Source: Paraspadella gotoi (Eukaryota > Animalia > Chaetognatha). Taken from it: a stretch of 64,000 nucleotides of DNA. A program made the position numbers and the translations under genes. Positions within the stretch are counted from its first letter, which is position 1. Each line of letters starts with the position of its first letter. The notes beneath the pieces were generated by a model, which worked only from the letters and a program-made list of their open reading frames with translations, had not been told where the DNA came from and searched no databases. Positions 1 through 16,587 of the stretch are shown here, piece after piece. The DNA is taken from NCBI GenBank assembly GCA_051294375.1, contig CM119263.1, positions 10,996,703-11,060,702 on the forward strand. Direction: 5' to 3'.

Positions 1-2471
1 CCAAGACAAAGACACAATAGAAAGAACTCCAAGATCCGTCAGCTTGGTCCACAGGTCGGGTAAAAGCTCATGGGTAAGCTCTTCGAAGACTGACTGATCA
101 ACGAGCGCTCCAACAACTTTGGTGTTGTAGTAGTCAGGAAGCAGGCGCTCGCAAATGGCAACGAGGAGCCAAAAAGCCTCCTCCTCGTCGGCATAGAGCA
201 GCAGAACCGAAGTGACAATGTTCATTGCCTGGCAGTAACCTATATTAGGGTTTCGCCAGGCGTATGCCGTCAGCACCCTACGCAGCGCCGCAATGCCAAC
301 GTCAGATTGAAACGCCGGATGTTCGGGCAGCGAGCGGTGAAGATCGCGCTCGATCTCGTCGGCGGCCAAGGTAGCACGACCCATGGAAGCGGCCACGGCA
401 GCCCTATAATAGCCTGGATGTGTGGCGAGCTCATTTACGGCGCCGCTGTAAAGCATCCACAGTTCCCCGCGAAGCTTCTCCGGAAGCCCCTCTAGAATCA
501 ATTCTCGACCTTCGGGCGTCCGGTACATGCAAACGCCGCGACCGAACTCTCTGAAATGGTCCTCCCAGCGATGTTGGAGGATAACGCTGCGAGGAGATGC
601 CGGCGGGGAAGATGGAGGTGGGTTCGTAGGGGGAGGGGGAGAAACGGGAGATGTGGCTGAGGCGGTGGAAAAGTCAAGGAGAAAGAGCGGAGGTTGTATG
701 AAGATGGAAGAAGAAGAGGAGGGAAGGTCGTAGAGCGTGGACGTCGTCGAGGTCGACTCGCTGCGTTCTTCGTCTTTGGCGTCGTCCAGAGAGGAAAGGG
801 ATGTCCCTCGACAATCTGATTTAGAAATGGAGAGGCGCTGCAAATCAAAACCACCGCCTTCTTCGTCCATTTCAGAGCTGCGGCCTAACATCCTGGTTAT
901 TCGGTCAAGCACGATATGCCGATCTTTAATTCTTCCAAAGAGAATATTCGAAGTGCCCAAAACGGGAGAATCATCCACAGGAAAACCGCAGCGGGAAACT
1001 GATCGCCCCTAAAAAGCAAAGCTTCCATATTATTAAAAATCAACTCGTAAAAAACTCGCTCGTGTCAACGGGTCATAATTGTAAGGGCATAGTCTAAAAG
1101 CTTTTTTACCTTGGTTGTCACTAACAAAGCCTTTTCGCTCAGTCGGTCATCTTTTTTTTCCACGACGCTGACTTCTCGCAATGGAACAACGAGACGAACC
1201 AAATCCGGAACCCGGGACGAGAAACAGAGATAATTATGAGACACGTACATCATCCCCCAAACGTGCTGCTTGTTGTAAGGCGTCCAAAGCGTACATTCCA
1301 GGTCTCCGTCAAGCTTTTCTTTGGTCGGTAGCCGAAATTCCATGCGGTATCGCTCGCTCCTGGCGCGGGCGTCGAGGTCTCGCTTCAGAAGGGACGAATT
1401 ACGGCCTCTGGCCTTACTTCCGTTGGGCAAGGAGCGATCGATCTGGAAGCTTTCTTCGGAAAGGATGTGCCGCATGGCCATAGTGGCCAGCTGCTCCATG
1501 AGTGCAAAGCACTCGTCGGTCTTCATGATCACTGAGAAGAGATAGGGCGAGTCCGGTTCCTGTCGCGTGCGTATGCTGATGGTGTCGACGAAGATGCCAA
1601 GCGAAGAGGGTTGACGTTCAACGGTCGTCACGTCCGTCCAACGCAGCGCCGCCTTAATCTCCTTGCCCAAAATGAATGAGTAGAAACAGACGTGATGTAC
1701 GGAGAGGTAAAGCCACCCCTGGCGCGGGATGCGACTCTTCCAGTAGGAGCAAGCGTAGTAATTGACGAGTCGTTCCTCAGCCGGCATTGCGAAGCGGCGG
1801 CGGAACTCGACGCTTTTCGACCGAAAATGGCGAGCTTCTTCTTCTTCCTCCTCGTCTACCCCGTCGTCGCGAATGGCACCACCGGAAGCCACGCCCATTT
1901 TGCGGCGGCGGCGGCGACTAAGGTCGGTCTCGTCGTCGGGTTTTCCCCACGAATTCGATCGTCGATTCGCAACCAAGGATTCGATCTTACATCTAAACGA
2001 TTTAAAAAGAGGAGGCTTACATTCCAGATGAAAACGAGTGGACAATTCTGTCTCGACAAACCTGACGTATTCAGAGACGTCGTCTTCCCCCTCAAAGGCC
2101 TCCAGCGAAGGGAGAAGCTTCTGGAGAATCCATTTCCAATCTTTAAGGATCTCCTCTCTAGAGTTAGCCACAGCAACCGTATAGTGGATGTCCGAGTTAG
2201 GTGTGGAATGGAGAATACGAAATGGTGGTGCCTGAAAAGAAAGTGGTTAATATATAATTTTTATTCATTTAACATTTCGTATCTAATCGATCCAATAAAA
2301 ATTTATAAAAACCTTGGAATCGAGAATGGAATCAATCGTTCCGACTAAAAGCGATGAGAATCCGACTCCCCCGTGACCTTTTCGTCGCTGCAGACGAAAA
2401 TAGGCGTTGTCGGCGAGTTCTGTGGTCCAAAGGCCAGAGGAAATAAGCACTTCTTCCGGAGTGATCCACAT
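1..2471 (-). CDS. TBC1D9: TBC1D8/TBC1D9-family Rab-GAP with GRAM domains and a TBC domain; runs off the window start. Exons 2471-2313, 2231-1110, 1008-<1
   Basis: N-terminus MWITPEEVL...[15 protein letters not shown] matches the TBC1D8/9 family start. GRAM motifs: [25 protein letters not shown] and [14 protein letters not shown]. Exon 3 translates to the TBC motifs [27 protein letters not shown] and [19 protein letters not shown] junctions keep frame. Confidence 0.93.
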
Positions 2472-2810
2472 ATTGATACAAAATGGCGGCAAAAATCCAG
2501 TCAAAAAATTAAAGCATTGTCAGTCTGCATGGTTTTCACATTTTGGTCGTTAAGCCGTGGCTTAAGGGAAAAAAATTTAAGCCAACATCAGTAATTTACT
2601 TCAAAAAAGAAAATGCGTGTATCAATTTTCTATAAAATATATATTATATAATGAAATTGGTTCAACCAATACAAAATTATCTACATTGTATTGTATTCAT
2701 TTCATAAATAAGCTACCTTGCCACTGACTTGAAATCAAATACATTATATTTTTAGCACTTTTTCCATTTAAAACACTGCAAAATTATTATTGAAAGACCA
2801 TAAAAGACGT

Positions 2811-3605
2811 TTATTTCGTGAACAAGGGTAAAACAGCTCGAATCTGTTGAACAACTTCATCGATGCTTCCCGCAACTTCCTTTTTGGAGTCCGTCGTTTC
2901 AATATCGACCCTAAGGATCGTTTTGTGTTCAGTTCCGAACGGCTCGTCCTCGTCGTCGTCATCCCCGACCACGTCTAAAATCCATGCGTCGACTCGTTCG
3001 ACTTCACCGTCCATCGAGTCGCTACGAATGCCCACCATTGGCACCGACTTTCCTTGTTTTTGAGCAAACTTTTCCCCTCCTGAAACTACGTTGGACATCG
3101 AACACACTCTTTGCGCCACCCTTCTTAACCGTCCCGCCCAAAACCATCGACAACAGAGGTTTTTCAATGAGGTTTCGTCTACGCCGTCCGGCAAGGGAGG
3201 TTTTCCAGTCTCGTAACGCCTCACGAGAGCCAAGATGTGGGCGTGGCCTCTTGCCATCAGGTCCACGCAAAGGCGTTGACCGGCGGTGACGTCACCGACA
3301 AATATGTAAGAGCGCCTATCGATGATCAAATTTCCTTCCTCCAAAGTCACCGGTTTGAGGGCGCCTAATAACGCCCTCGAATCCGACGGCATTTGGGCGA
3401 AGGACAATGATTTTAGTGGAACCCATTCGAGAAAGGTTTGCGAGTATCCGCCCCCGAACAAGAAGTCTATGTAACTTTCGATCAAAGAAGCGCCGACTTT
3501 GACGCCAGTCACGTCCCAATCCCCAGCCCCGATTTGGGCAGCGTCGATCGGAAGCGGAGGCACGGAGGCGGGAGTCAGTCCCGTCGCCAGATCGACGTCG
3601 CCCAT
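2811..3605 (-). CDS. Intronless 264-aa ORF of unknown function
   Basis: Long GC-richer ORF flanked by AT-rich DNA, with globular-looking composition and AATAAA overlapping the stop codon. No family recognised. Confidence 0.65.
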   Translation of the reverse strand: MGDVDLATGLTPASVPPLPIDAAQIGAGDWDVTGVKVGASLIESYIDFLFGGGYSQTFLEWVPLKSLSFAQMPSDSRALLGALKPVTLEEGNLIIDRRSYIFVGDVTAGQRLCVDLMARGHAHILALVRRYETGKPPLPDGVDETSLKNLCCRWFWAGRLRRVAQRVCSMSNVVSGGEKFAQKQGKSVPMVGIRSDSMDGEVERVDAWILDVVGDDDDEDEPFGTEHKTILRVDIETTDSKKEVAGSIDEVVQQIRAVLPLFTK

Positions 3606-3693
3606 CGTGACGAAGGAGAACGAGAAAGCGCAAATGCAAAAGGTTAAATTTAATAATTCAAAATAATAAAAAATTAAAACAAAGGATGTTGCA

Positions 3694-6643
3694 TCATTGA
3701 TTCATTCCTAGATTTCTCATTCCGAGCATCGAGTTTATTTCCCAAATGGTCGTCCGCGAATCGTCTATGATCGACTTTAGTTCTTGGTTTTTGCTCCGCA
3801 ATTTCTCTTTCACCTCTGCTAATTCTCGCGCCGCCTTAAAACGTGGAAGAGCGGGGGAGAGGGTCAAATTATATTGCGTTAACTTATTTAATTAAGAATT
3901 CAATCATGATGCGCCTCTACCAAGCCCCCCATCGCGAATACCTGCATATATGGTTGGCTTTCAAACTTCCTTTTTCGCAAGACGTCGTCATCGGGATCTT
4001 CCTTGTTCTCGAGCTTTCTTTTCATCGGAATGAGATCCTGAGGGTAGCAAATAATACGTTTTCTCGTCGGTCAGTTTTGTATATTGGAACAAACATACAA
4101 ATATACTAGCCTGTGTTTTGTCTATATCAAACATGAGTGTGGCATCATCTGATGGGATCGGCTCCAAATTTTTGTAGATGACTTTCAATTTTTTAAAGAG
4201 CAAGTTTATTTCCTTCAAATGGTCCTCTGTCTTGGCCGCTTTTTCTTGGGCATTTGAAATGGGAAGCACGCCTGTAATAGTAAACATGGCGACTAACAAA
4301 AATCCACAGCAATACGCATGCAAATTGTTTTTTTTCATTTTATTCCAAACCTTGTATTGTAGCAGGAGTTTGCAACGAGATGGTGTTGGCTGGATTTATG
4401 AGCTTGAGATGGTTGAACAGTTCATGAGTCATAGCGACAATATCTTGCACTGTCCCTTGCCCAATTTTGCACAAACAAACGGGATTCGGATTTGAGAGAA
4501 TTTTACATTCTGTAACAAAAAAAAAGTTTTAATGCAGGTGGAAAACTAATTTTCAAAAAATAGAAATAGGGAATTTCACCTGAGGTCTGTTGAGCCGAAG
4601 CTGCCGTCTGAACTATAGGCGGTGCAGAGGCAGAGCCAATGGAAGATGAGGCCGAAGTTGGGGTCGAAGACGACGTAGTTTGGGGCGTCGTCGTCGATGG
4701 AGATGACGTCGTCGTGGTCGGGTTTGGCGTGGCAGACTGCGAGGCACTGCCTTAAAAATGTTTTCGGAATTTGGCGAGTTGGAAGAAAAACGTACAGAGT
4801 TGAGATTCAAAACTTAGAAAATCTGATAGCTTTATCATTTTTTATTATTGTGACCCATTGGGCGAATATTAAATAAAAAATCGAATTGAAAATTCTAAAA
4901 CAGACCTTGTGATAACTAATCATACATTGCGACAAGATTTGCTGCAAATTGCAATCGTGAGACAGCGCCCCAAAGAATCACAACTGCTCCGCATAATTGC
5001 TTCTCAAAGATTCACCCACAGATTAGAGATGGTTTAACCTAGACCATCGAAAATTTGGTTGAAAGTTATATGGGTCTGCAGCAGTAGTTTTTTGCCCGGG
5101 GGCAAAAATATAAGGAAATTGTGGCGAATCCTAAATTCGCCTTCCGTATAGCTTGGTGAAACTCAGCTCGTCCCATTGGCTTGGACAGCTAAGTACTCGT
5201 TCACCAACTGTGAGTTCCGGTTTCAATCCCCTCACGGTCGCTGCAGGTCCAAAGACCTGAGCGCCAGCTGTCGGGAGATGCCTCCCACCCCAGGCATCAC
5301 ACATGTCCCCCCGTTGCCATAAAATATTAATTTTTCATCTATTGCTGCATTACTTAGCAATTAGCATCATGCTAAAAGCTTGATATTTTATAAAGAGTCA
5401 ACTATTATTGAATATTGATTTCATTAGCTTACAGAGATCGCATTCAGCCAGTGTAGCCGTTACAGTATGAACTTATTATTTTTATGGCATTATGGCAACA
5501 GCCGGGTTGCCTGTGATGCCCATTGGGATGGGAAAATCTCACTGTTGGCTTTGGGGGCTTTCGACCCTCAGTGACGCCTCCTGTCACTGGCGAGTAAGGC
5601 GTAGTAAAATTTCTAAATTTAACTTTAATTAAAATTCTAAAATTGAACAAACAACATTATACTAAAGAACGTTTATATATAAAAAATGTATAATAAATTT
5701 TACAATTTACGCAGTAGGACATATTTATACTAGTACTAATCCAATAAATGTTAAAATTTCAAAACTTTTTTTTCTAAGATTTTTTTGCAGATTGGGATTC
5801 GTCATAAAAAGTTGATAAAAAGAAATATAGCTCTTTTTGAAAAATTCCTTCATTAAGCTGAAAATTAACTTTTTCTATATTAAATATAGTTTTTTTAATT
5901 TTTAACCCACTTAATGAAAGAAAAAATGATTTATATCTTCTTTTATCAACTTTTGACGAGGAATTCAAATCTGCAATCAAAATTAAGAAAAGCCTATTTT
6001 TAATTTTTTCGATTTTATAAGGATAGTACTGAAAAAATTAAAAAACATAAAATTAATTTTTTTTACAAATTAATGTTAGCATGTTGTTCATAATTGACTT
6101 TTAGAATTTCTGTAGGTAACTTTCACTACGCTCTACTGGCGAGGCTACCCTAGGACGGTCTTGCTTTGACAACGCAACTCAATACATAAAAAAATAAAAC
6201 TTAGAGAAAACATCAGAGATGTAGCAATTGTCAATCTGATGGCGTCATTGATGAAGTCATATATTTCCCATGATCGCGTCATTTTCGCTATGATGACATT
6301 TACCATTTACTTTATAGTTATTTTATCTACCTTGTCGCACGCAGGCAAAATTTGTTACACACACCCCGCGCGCGTGGGAAAATTTCAGTGATTATTTCGA
6401 TGTGTTAAAAAATTTGGTAATTATTTGCTATTATATTTAATTTAATTATAAATCTTTTTCTAAGTTTTAAATCCCTACCCTGTAGACATACAGAGAATCC
6501 TACAATTTTCTTCGTCACTCACCATATGTACCCCGCCCTCTTCCTGATAAGACTTGTCCACCGGCGCCGCGTCCAGACATTCGCGTTCCTCCGGAAGGAT
6601 AAGGAGGTGGTGGCCTTTGATGTCCTGGATATCTCGCCGACAT
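3694..6643 (-). CDS. MED30: Mediator subunit 30. Exons 6643-6523, 4750-4580, 4509-4351, 4271-4111 (or 4099), 4037-3942, 3834-3694
   Basis: Spliced translation contains LCKIGQGTVQDIV (cf. LCRIGQETVQDIV), LKEINLLFKKLKVIY, DLIP and C-terminal ELAEVKEKLRSKNQELKSIIDDSRTTIWEINSMLGMRN (cf. EIAEVNKKLKQKNQQLKQIMDQLRNLIWDINAMLAMRN). Exon 1 is inferred from an ATG, a phase-1 GTGAGT donor and frame compatibility. The ORF track does not assemble this gene. Confidence 0.88.
5119..5325 (+). mobile_element. tRNA-derived SINE copy in MED30 intron 1
   Basis: Near-identical (reverse complement) to 38548-38790 and 33640-33730. Head with B-box-like G(G/T)TTCAATCC; shared body gccagctgtcgggagatgcct...ggcatcacacatgtccc...gttgccataa. 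Confidence 0.7.
5488..5594 (-). mobile_element. Diverged partial copy of the same SINE, interrupted by a hAT-like MITE
   Basis: attatggcaac...tgtgatgcc...ggctt..gacc...cagtgac...tgtcactggcg aligns with 38550-38659. Confidence 0.5.
5595..6135. mobile_element. Non-autonomous hAT-like DNA element (MITE), 541 bp
   Basis: 8-bp direct repeat ctggcgag at 5587-5594 and 6136-6143. Imperfect terminal inverted repeats taaggcgtagtaaaa and tagagcgtagtgaaa (reverse complement of the right end). AT-rich non-coding interior. Confidence 0.65.
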
Positions 6644-6767
6644 TGTTTCAAAAATTTATTCTCGGTGGTTATAACTGTCGTTAGTTTTTTGAAAAGAATA
6701 AAACAACAAAAACTAAAAGCATCGGCCAACCAGGAACATATAAATAAACACCACAGCCCAAGCGTCA

Positions 6768-7475
6768 TCATCGTTGCTTCCCCTTCTTTTCCACCTCCAC
6801 TCCCGCACGCAGAAACTTGGAAGCTCTCCTCTCCTCCACCATTCTCAACTGTTCCTCTATGATCGGCTTTCGCAATGCTTGCATCTCGGCAATTTCTTCG
6901 GCTGTCAGTTTGGGGACCACCTTCACGCCGGCTTTACAACACTGCTGCACCACCTGGTCGCATATTTCCTTCAGCGAGAATTTATCCATGTCGTCGTCCT
7001 CGCGTTTGAGTTCCGCTATGTGGTAGACGTGTTTGAGAGAGATAATAGCGGCCACCTCGCCATCGCTGGCCTCCATGGCGCCACGCTGAATTCCCGCCGC
7101 TTTTTTTATTAACATTGAACAAGGAGGGTGGGAAAGAACCATGCGGTAAGATTTTTCCGAGGGGTTGATGAAGGTACGAGTCGGAATCGGCAATCCGGAC
7201 TCGAAATCGACGGTTCGTTCATTAAACTCTTTGATCCATTGTGCCACGTTGACCTTAAGTAAAATTTTTAAAAATTTTTTAGGTTCTAATTTTGAACGAA
7301 GTTTAATCGATCGTTAATTACTCACCTGCCTTTCGGCCAACTCTGTTCCCAGAGGAGGTGCGGCTGTAGCTTGCTGCGCACCCACCCAGGTTTCTAAAAA
7401 TGGTTTGTGTTTAACAGTTTCAACAACCTTCTTCACCTTTTGCAAAGCCTTTCCGACGGCTTTTTTCGGTGGCAT
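6768..7475 (-). CDS. MRPL11: Mitochondrial ribosomal protein L11 (uL11m). Exons 7475-7326, 7253-6768
   Basis: WVGAQQATAAPPLGTELAERQ|VNVAQWIKEFNERT, GLPIPT, PPCSMLIKKAAGIQRGAM and ISLKHVYHIAELK are uL11m-type motifs. GTGAGT/AG intron in phase 0. Confidence 0.93.
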
Positions 7476-8611
7476 GTTGTCAAATTAAAAAAAATTCGCT
7501 TCACTGGGAAAAACTCCAGTAACAAATGAATCAAACATAGTACGTACTCATTATTATTAATTTTTTGTCAGAAGTTTAATTCCAGGAAATAAAATCTCAT
7601 GTTCGATTCCTCTGTGATGATCTTAACAAATGGAACGTTCGTATGTACAATGTACATACTTTACAAAGATATTTAAATTCATTGACTCGAGTATAGAAGG
7701 AATCTTTGGCCCAGCGTCGTTTAAATAAATCAACTCTCATATGCAACCATTTCTTTTTTCTTCTTGTTCGCTTTGCTTTTCTCACAGAAGAAAAAACTTG
7801 CCAGGTAAATAGAATAGGGCTATAGCCCTATTAGAGGCTGTTGAGGATTTTAAATGCCCTTAAACTGAATCAGATTTTTTTGTCTTATTTTCAAACCTGC
7901 ATAACAGAAAATTTTATTTTAAATCGGTGTCAGCTGAGTGCAACAAAAAAGAGGTAACAGATTTTTAAAAAAACTCATTTTTGGGTTCGTGCGTCCGAAG
8001 GAAGACGACTTTTAATGGTAAAAAGGCTTCATTTAGGTACATGAAAAATGCAATTTGTTAAAAGCTAGAAGAGCTCAAATATTTAATATGAAACGCTCAA
8101 ATTATTATCAAAATAAATAAATGATTTTATAAAAGAAAAGAAAAACAGAATAACATTTAACAACTTTAAAGCCTATGGTACCCAAAAGGTCGAACAGTGC
8201 CGGGGATCAACTTTCGCGTTCCTTTGGCCGCAAAAATACAAAAAAAAAATAAGCATTCGTCTTAAATCTCGTGTATGAGATCAGATTAAACTGTATTGCA
8301 GTGAACGACAATTAGTTTTTCTCCCCAACAATAAAACTTTCAAATCTATATAAATTTATTACATTACATCCCCAGCTGCAGAGAGCGGACTAATGAATTA
8401 TAACTGGGCACCAACACATGAATAAATAGAGGCAACATCTCAACACCTACCACACAAACCAAATGATAATAAATTAATCGGCTCGACCCCCCACAAATCA
8501 ATGTCCGTGATAGAAACTTGTTGGAACGTGGTGCTGATAATATTCTGATAATGACTCCATTTCAAGCTTTGGAAGAATACTCGTGTAAAAATATATCTCG
8601 TTCCCTTGCAA

Positions 8612-10443
8612 TCAATCGCAATCCAGGAGCCAAATTCGGAGTTTGGTTTTGATAATATCATTAGTGGAAAAGGAGATGCCTGTGGCCAGGGGTCCTTTGA
8701 TGAAGTTCATGGAGAGGCCTTTGTAGAGACCCCTCGGTCCTTCGGTGCGTAAAACGTATTCAACCGTCTTTAAAATGGAACTGTATTCTGTCGTTCGACC
8801 GCGAAGGGAGGCCGTTTGCATGCGACGTCTACGAAAAAGTTAAGCATTTTAAAGTAGTAATATTAAATACTGCTAATTAGAGAAAGCCTCATGGCCTCAG
8901 ACGTCACGGCACCTCACAATATCCAGCGGGTAAGTAGCGGATTGTCCTATCAACCCGGCGAAGGCGCCGTAGGCGACGCGTCGGAATGGCGAAGGATCGC
9001 CCACGCGATCGGGATTCTCGTAATGGTTTTTTTTCAATGTTTCGTAAACGAAGAAACTTGTTCCAGCATAAGGAATGATTCCAATCAGCGTGGGAACAAT
9101 GCCACGGTACAACGAGAAAACCCCTTCGGTTTTAATCATTTTTTGAAAAACCTTGAAAAAAACTTTTATTGAGAAAAATCTGGACATTTGCTGCGTCAAT
9201 TAAATTATAGATTATAGATAGATCATTAAAAAATAAAATTATGCTTGACGATTTTTAAAGGGTCGCTAAAATTAATAAGGATATATTATCTATCGATAGA
9301 TAATTTAGTTACTCGCTAAATACAGATTTCTCACCGAAAAGAGAGTTTTATACTGGCATTTGTCCGAGACTGCCATTCTGGCTCGAGCTAGATCCAACGG
9401 GTAAGTCAGGGATGCGGCCGTTGTTCCTGCCAAACATCCTGCTAAGTAACGCTTTCCCGGTGTCGAAGTATGAGTGTGGGCGCCGATGATATCCTTGAAG
9501 TAAATGAGGAAAGGGTGCTAAAAATCTAATTTTGAACTAAAGATAATTTATAACTGTGATTTTTGTATTAGTCGGTTTCCGAGGAATATATATGTATATT
9601 TATATTGGTAGCATTCGATAAAAACAAATGGTCCTGCTATATTATTATCTTGTACATAGGTTAAGACTTAAGATAGCGTATTTAATTATTTATTCAATGA
9701 AGGGATGATTTTTATATTGAGTGAAGCAATTTCATTTAAACAAACAGACAATAGTGAACTTTCTAACGCTATAAGATTTCGTTGACATTTTTCAGCTTTG
9801 ATAATCACTTGTTTGCAAGAGGTTTATTTCGTGTACTAAAATTTGGTTAATGCTTTACAAATAAGTTATCAACAATAAGATGTTTTATATTTGTCTCGTC
9901 ACGTGATTATCTGGAAATGCATCCCCACAAGAAAGTCACTGTGACGCAACACCCTGAACTTGCCGGTTCTTGTTTACTGATTGACTGATTATTGATTAAC
10001 TAATACTAACTTTCCACTTTTCATGGGATGCAAACTGAATCCCAGCGTAAGGAAGGATTCTAGCCACTGTAGCCGAGTTTCCCCTCCACAGGGAAGTGAA
10101 ACCATCTTGAGAGGCGGATTTGGCAATGAATTGAAATGCGCGTTTGAAAGAGTAAGTCCGATCCGAAATTTGAAAATTAATTTTAGTCCTGAAAGGAAAA
10201 GATACTTATTTTCCCAACCAGTCTGGAAAACCATCAAGGAATTTGACTATTAGAGACAATGATGGTTTACCTATCTAACGGGGCGATCGTAGTTTTGGCC
10301 AAAGCCCCAGCGATTGCGCCTGAAGTGAAGGAAGTTACTAATTTTTGCGTTGGGGTACACTGGACATGGAGCGAGTGTTCATAGGACGGGGAGGATTTAG
10401 TTTTGCCGGAGTCCTCCGTCGATGACCTCGACAGCGAGGACAT
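8612..10443 (-). CDS. SLC25A42: Mitochondrial CoA transporter (SLC25 carrier). Exons 10443-10271, 10188-10011, 9493-9335, 9151-8913, 8828-8612
   Basis: Three carrier repeats: [23 protein letters not shown] and SLWRGNSAT; TYPLDLARARMAV and TLIGIIPYAGTSFFVYETLK; GQSATYPLDIVRRRMQT and GLYKGLSMNFIKGP. Confidence 0.92.
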
Positions 10444-10816
10444 CTTGGGTCGCCCGGCAGCAAGTCCATGACACAGTCTCCAACAGCTTCTCTGAAGCTG
10501 GGCAAGTGATTTAATTTGAATTCGTCGTAGTCCTCATGATTATTCACAAAAAAATAATAAAACTCTTTATGCTACTCTCAGCTGAAACAAAGGAACATAA
10601 ACCATTCAAAGAGGGGAAGGTTTAAAAAAAAATCAAAAGAATTTGCGGAATTCAAATATTTTAAGTATTCTGCATCTGCAGTATTTTGTAGACGCGGGCG
10701 AGATAGCAGACTAGCGTCACTAGCGTATTTCAAATTAAAAGCCAAAACTTTTAGTAAAATGATAAACTTAGTAATTGAAAAAAGACAAAACGGATCTGAA
10801 GGACCATATATCGGGA

Positions 10817-16225
<5,409 letters not shown>

Positions 16226-16587
16226 GCTGATTCACGTAAGTTAGTAATTCTTTCGTCAATAATATCTATAAAATGAATTCAACGAACGAAATAAATACCA
16301 TATAATAAAAACGAGGAATGAGGATATTTAAAGCGAAGATAGGAACAGATTTCAATATTTTAACTGACAATACCCCAGGACCAGGATATCGCAAGACTTC
16401 CATAACATCTTTTAGTTGTTATCATCCTCACTTTCCCATAAGACTTTTTTGCCCTGTACCACACTAAATATCGACAAGCAGGAAATTGAAAATGACGTCA
16501 TCGGAGGATTGGACTGTTGGCGATTATTTTCATTGTCATGTTGACACGTACGTGTTTCATAGCTTTTCCGACAATGAATAAAGTTTG

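Noticed and set aside
307-2348. Several plus-strand and alternative-frame ORFs
   Set aside because: Shadow frames of GC-rich TBC1D9 exons.
6235-6300. TGATGA/CTGA boxes suggesting a C/D snoRNA
   Set aside because: The boxes are antisense to the host intron and in the wrong order, with no terminal stem.
6475-6771. 98-aa ORF whose ATG overlaps the MRPL11 stop (ATGA), resembling translational coupling
   Set aside because: It runs through a U-rich spacer and out of frame over MED30 exon 1 and its donor. There are no protein features, so a chance overlap is likely.
7812-7831. Perfect 20-bp palindrome aatagggctatagccctatt
   Set aside because: Isolated, with no matching second terminus or TSD to define an element.
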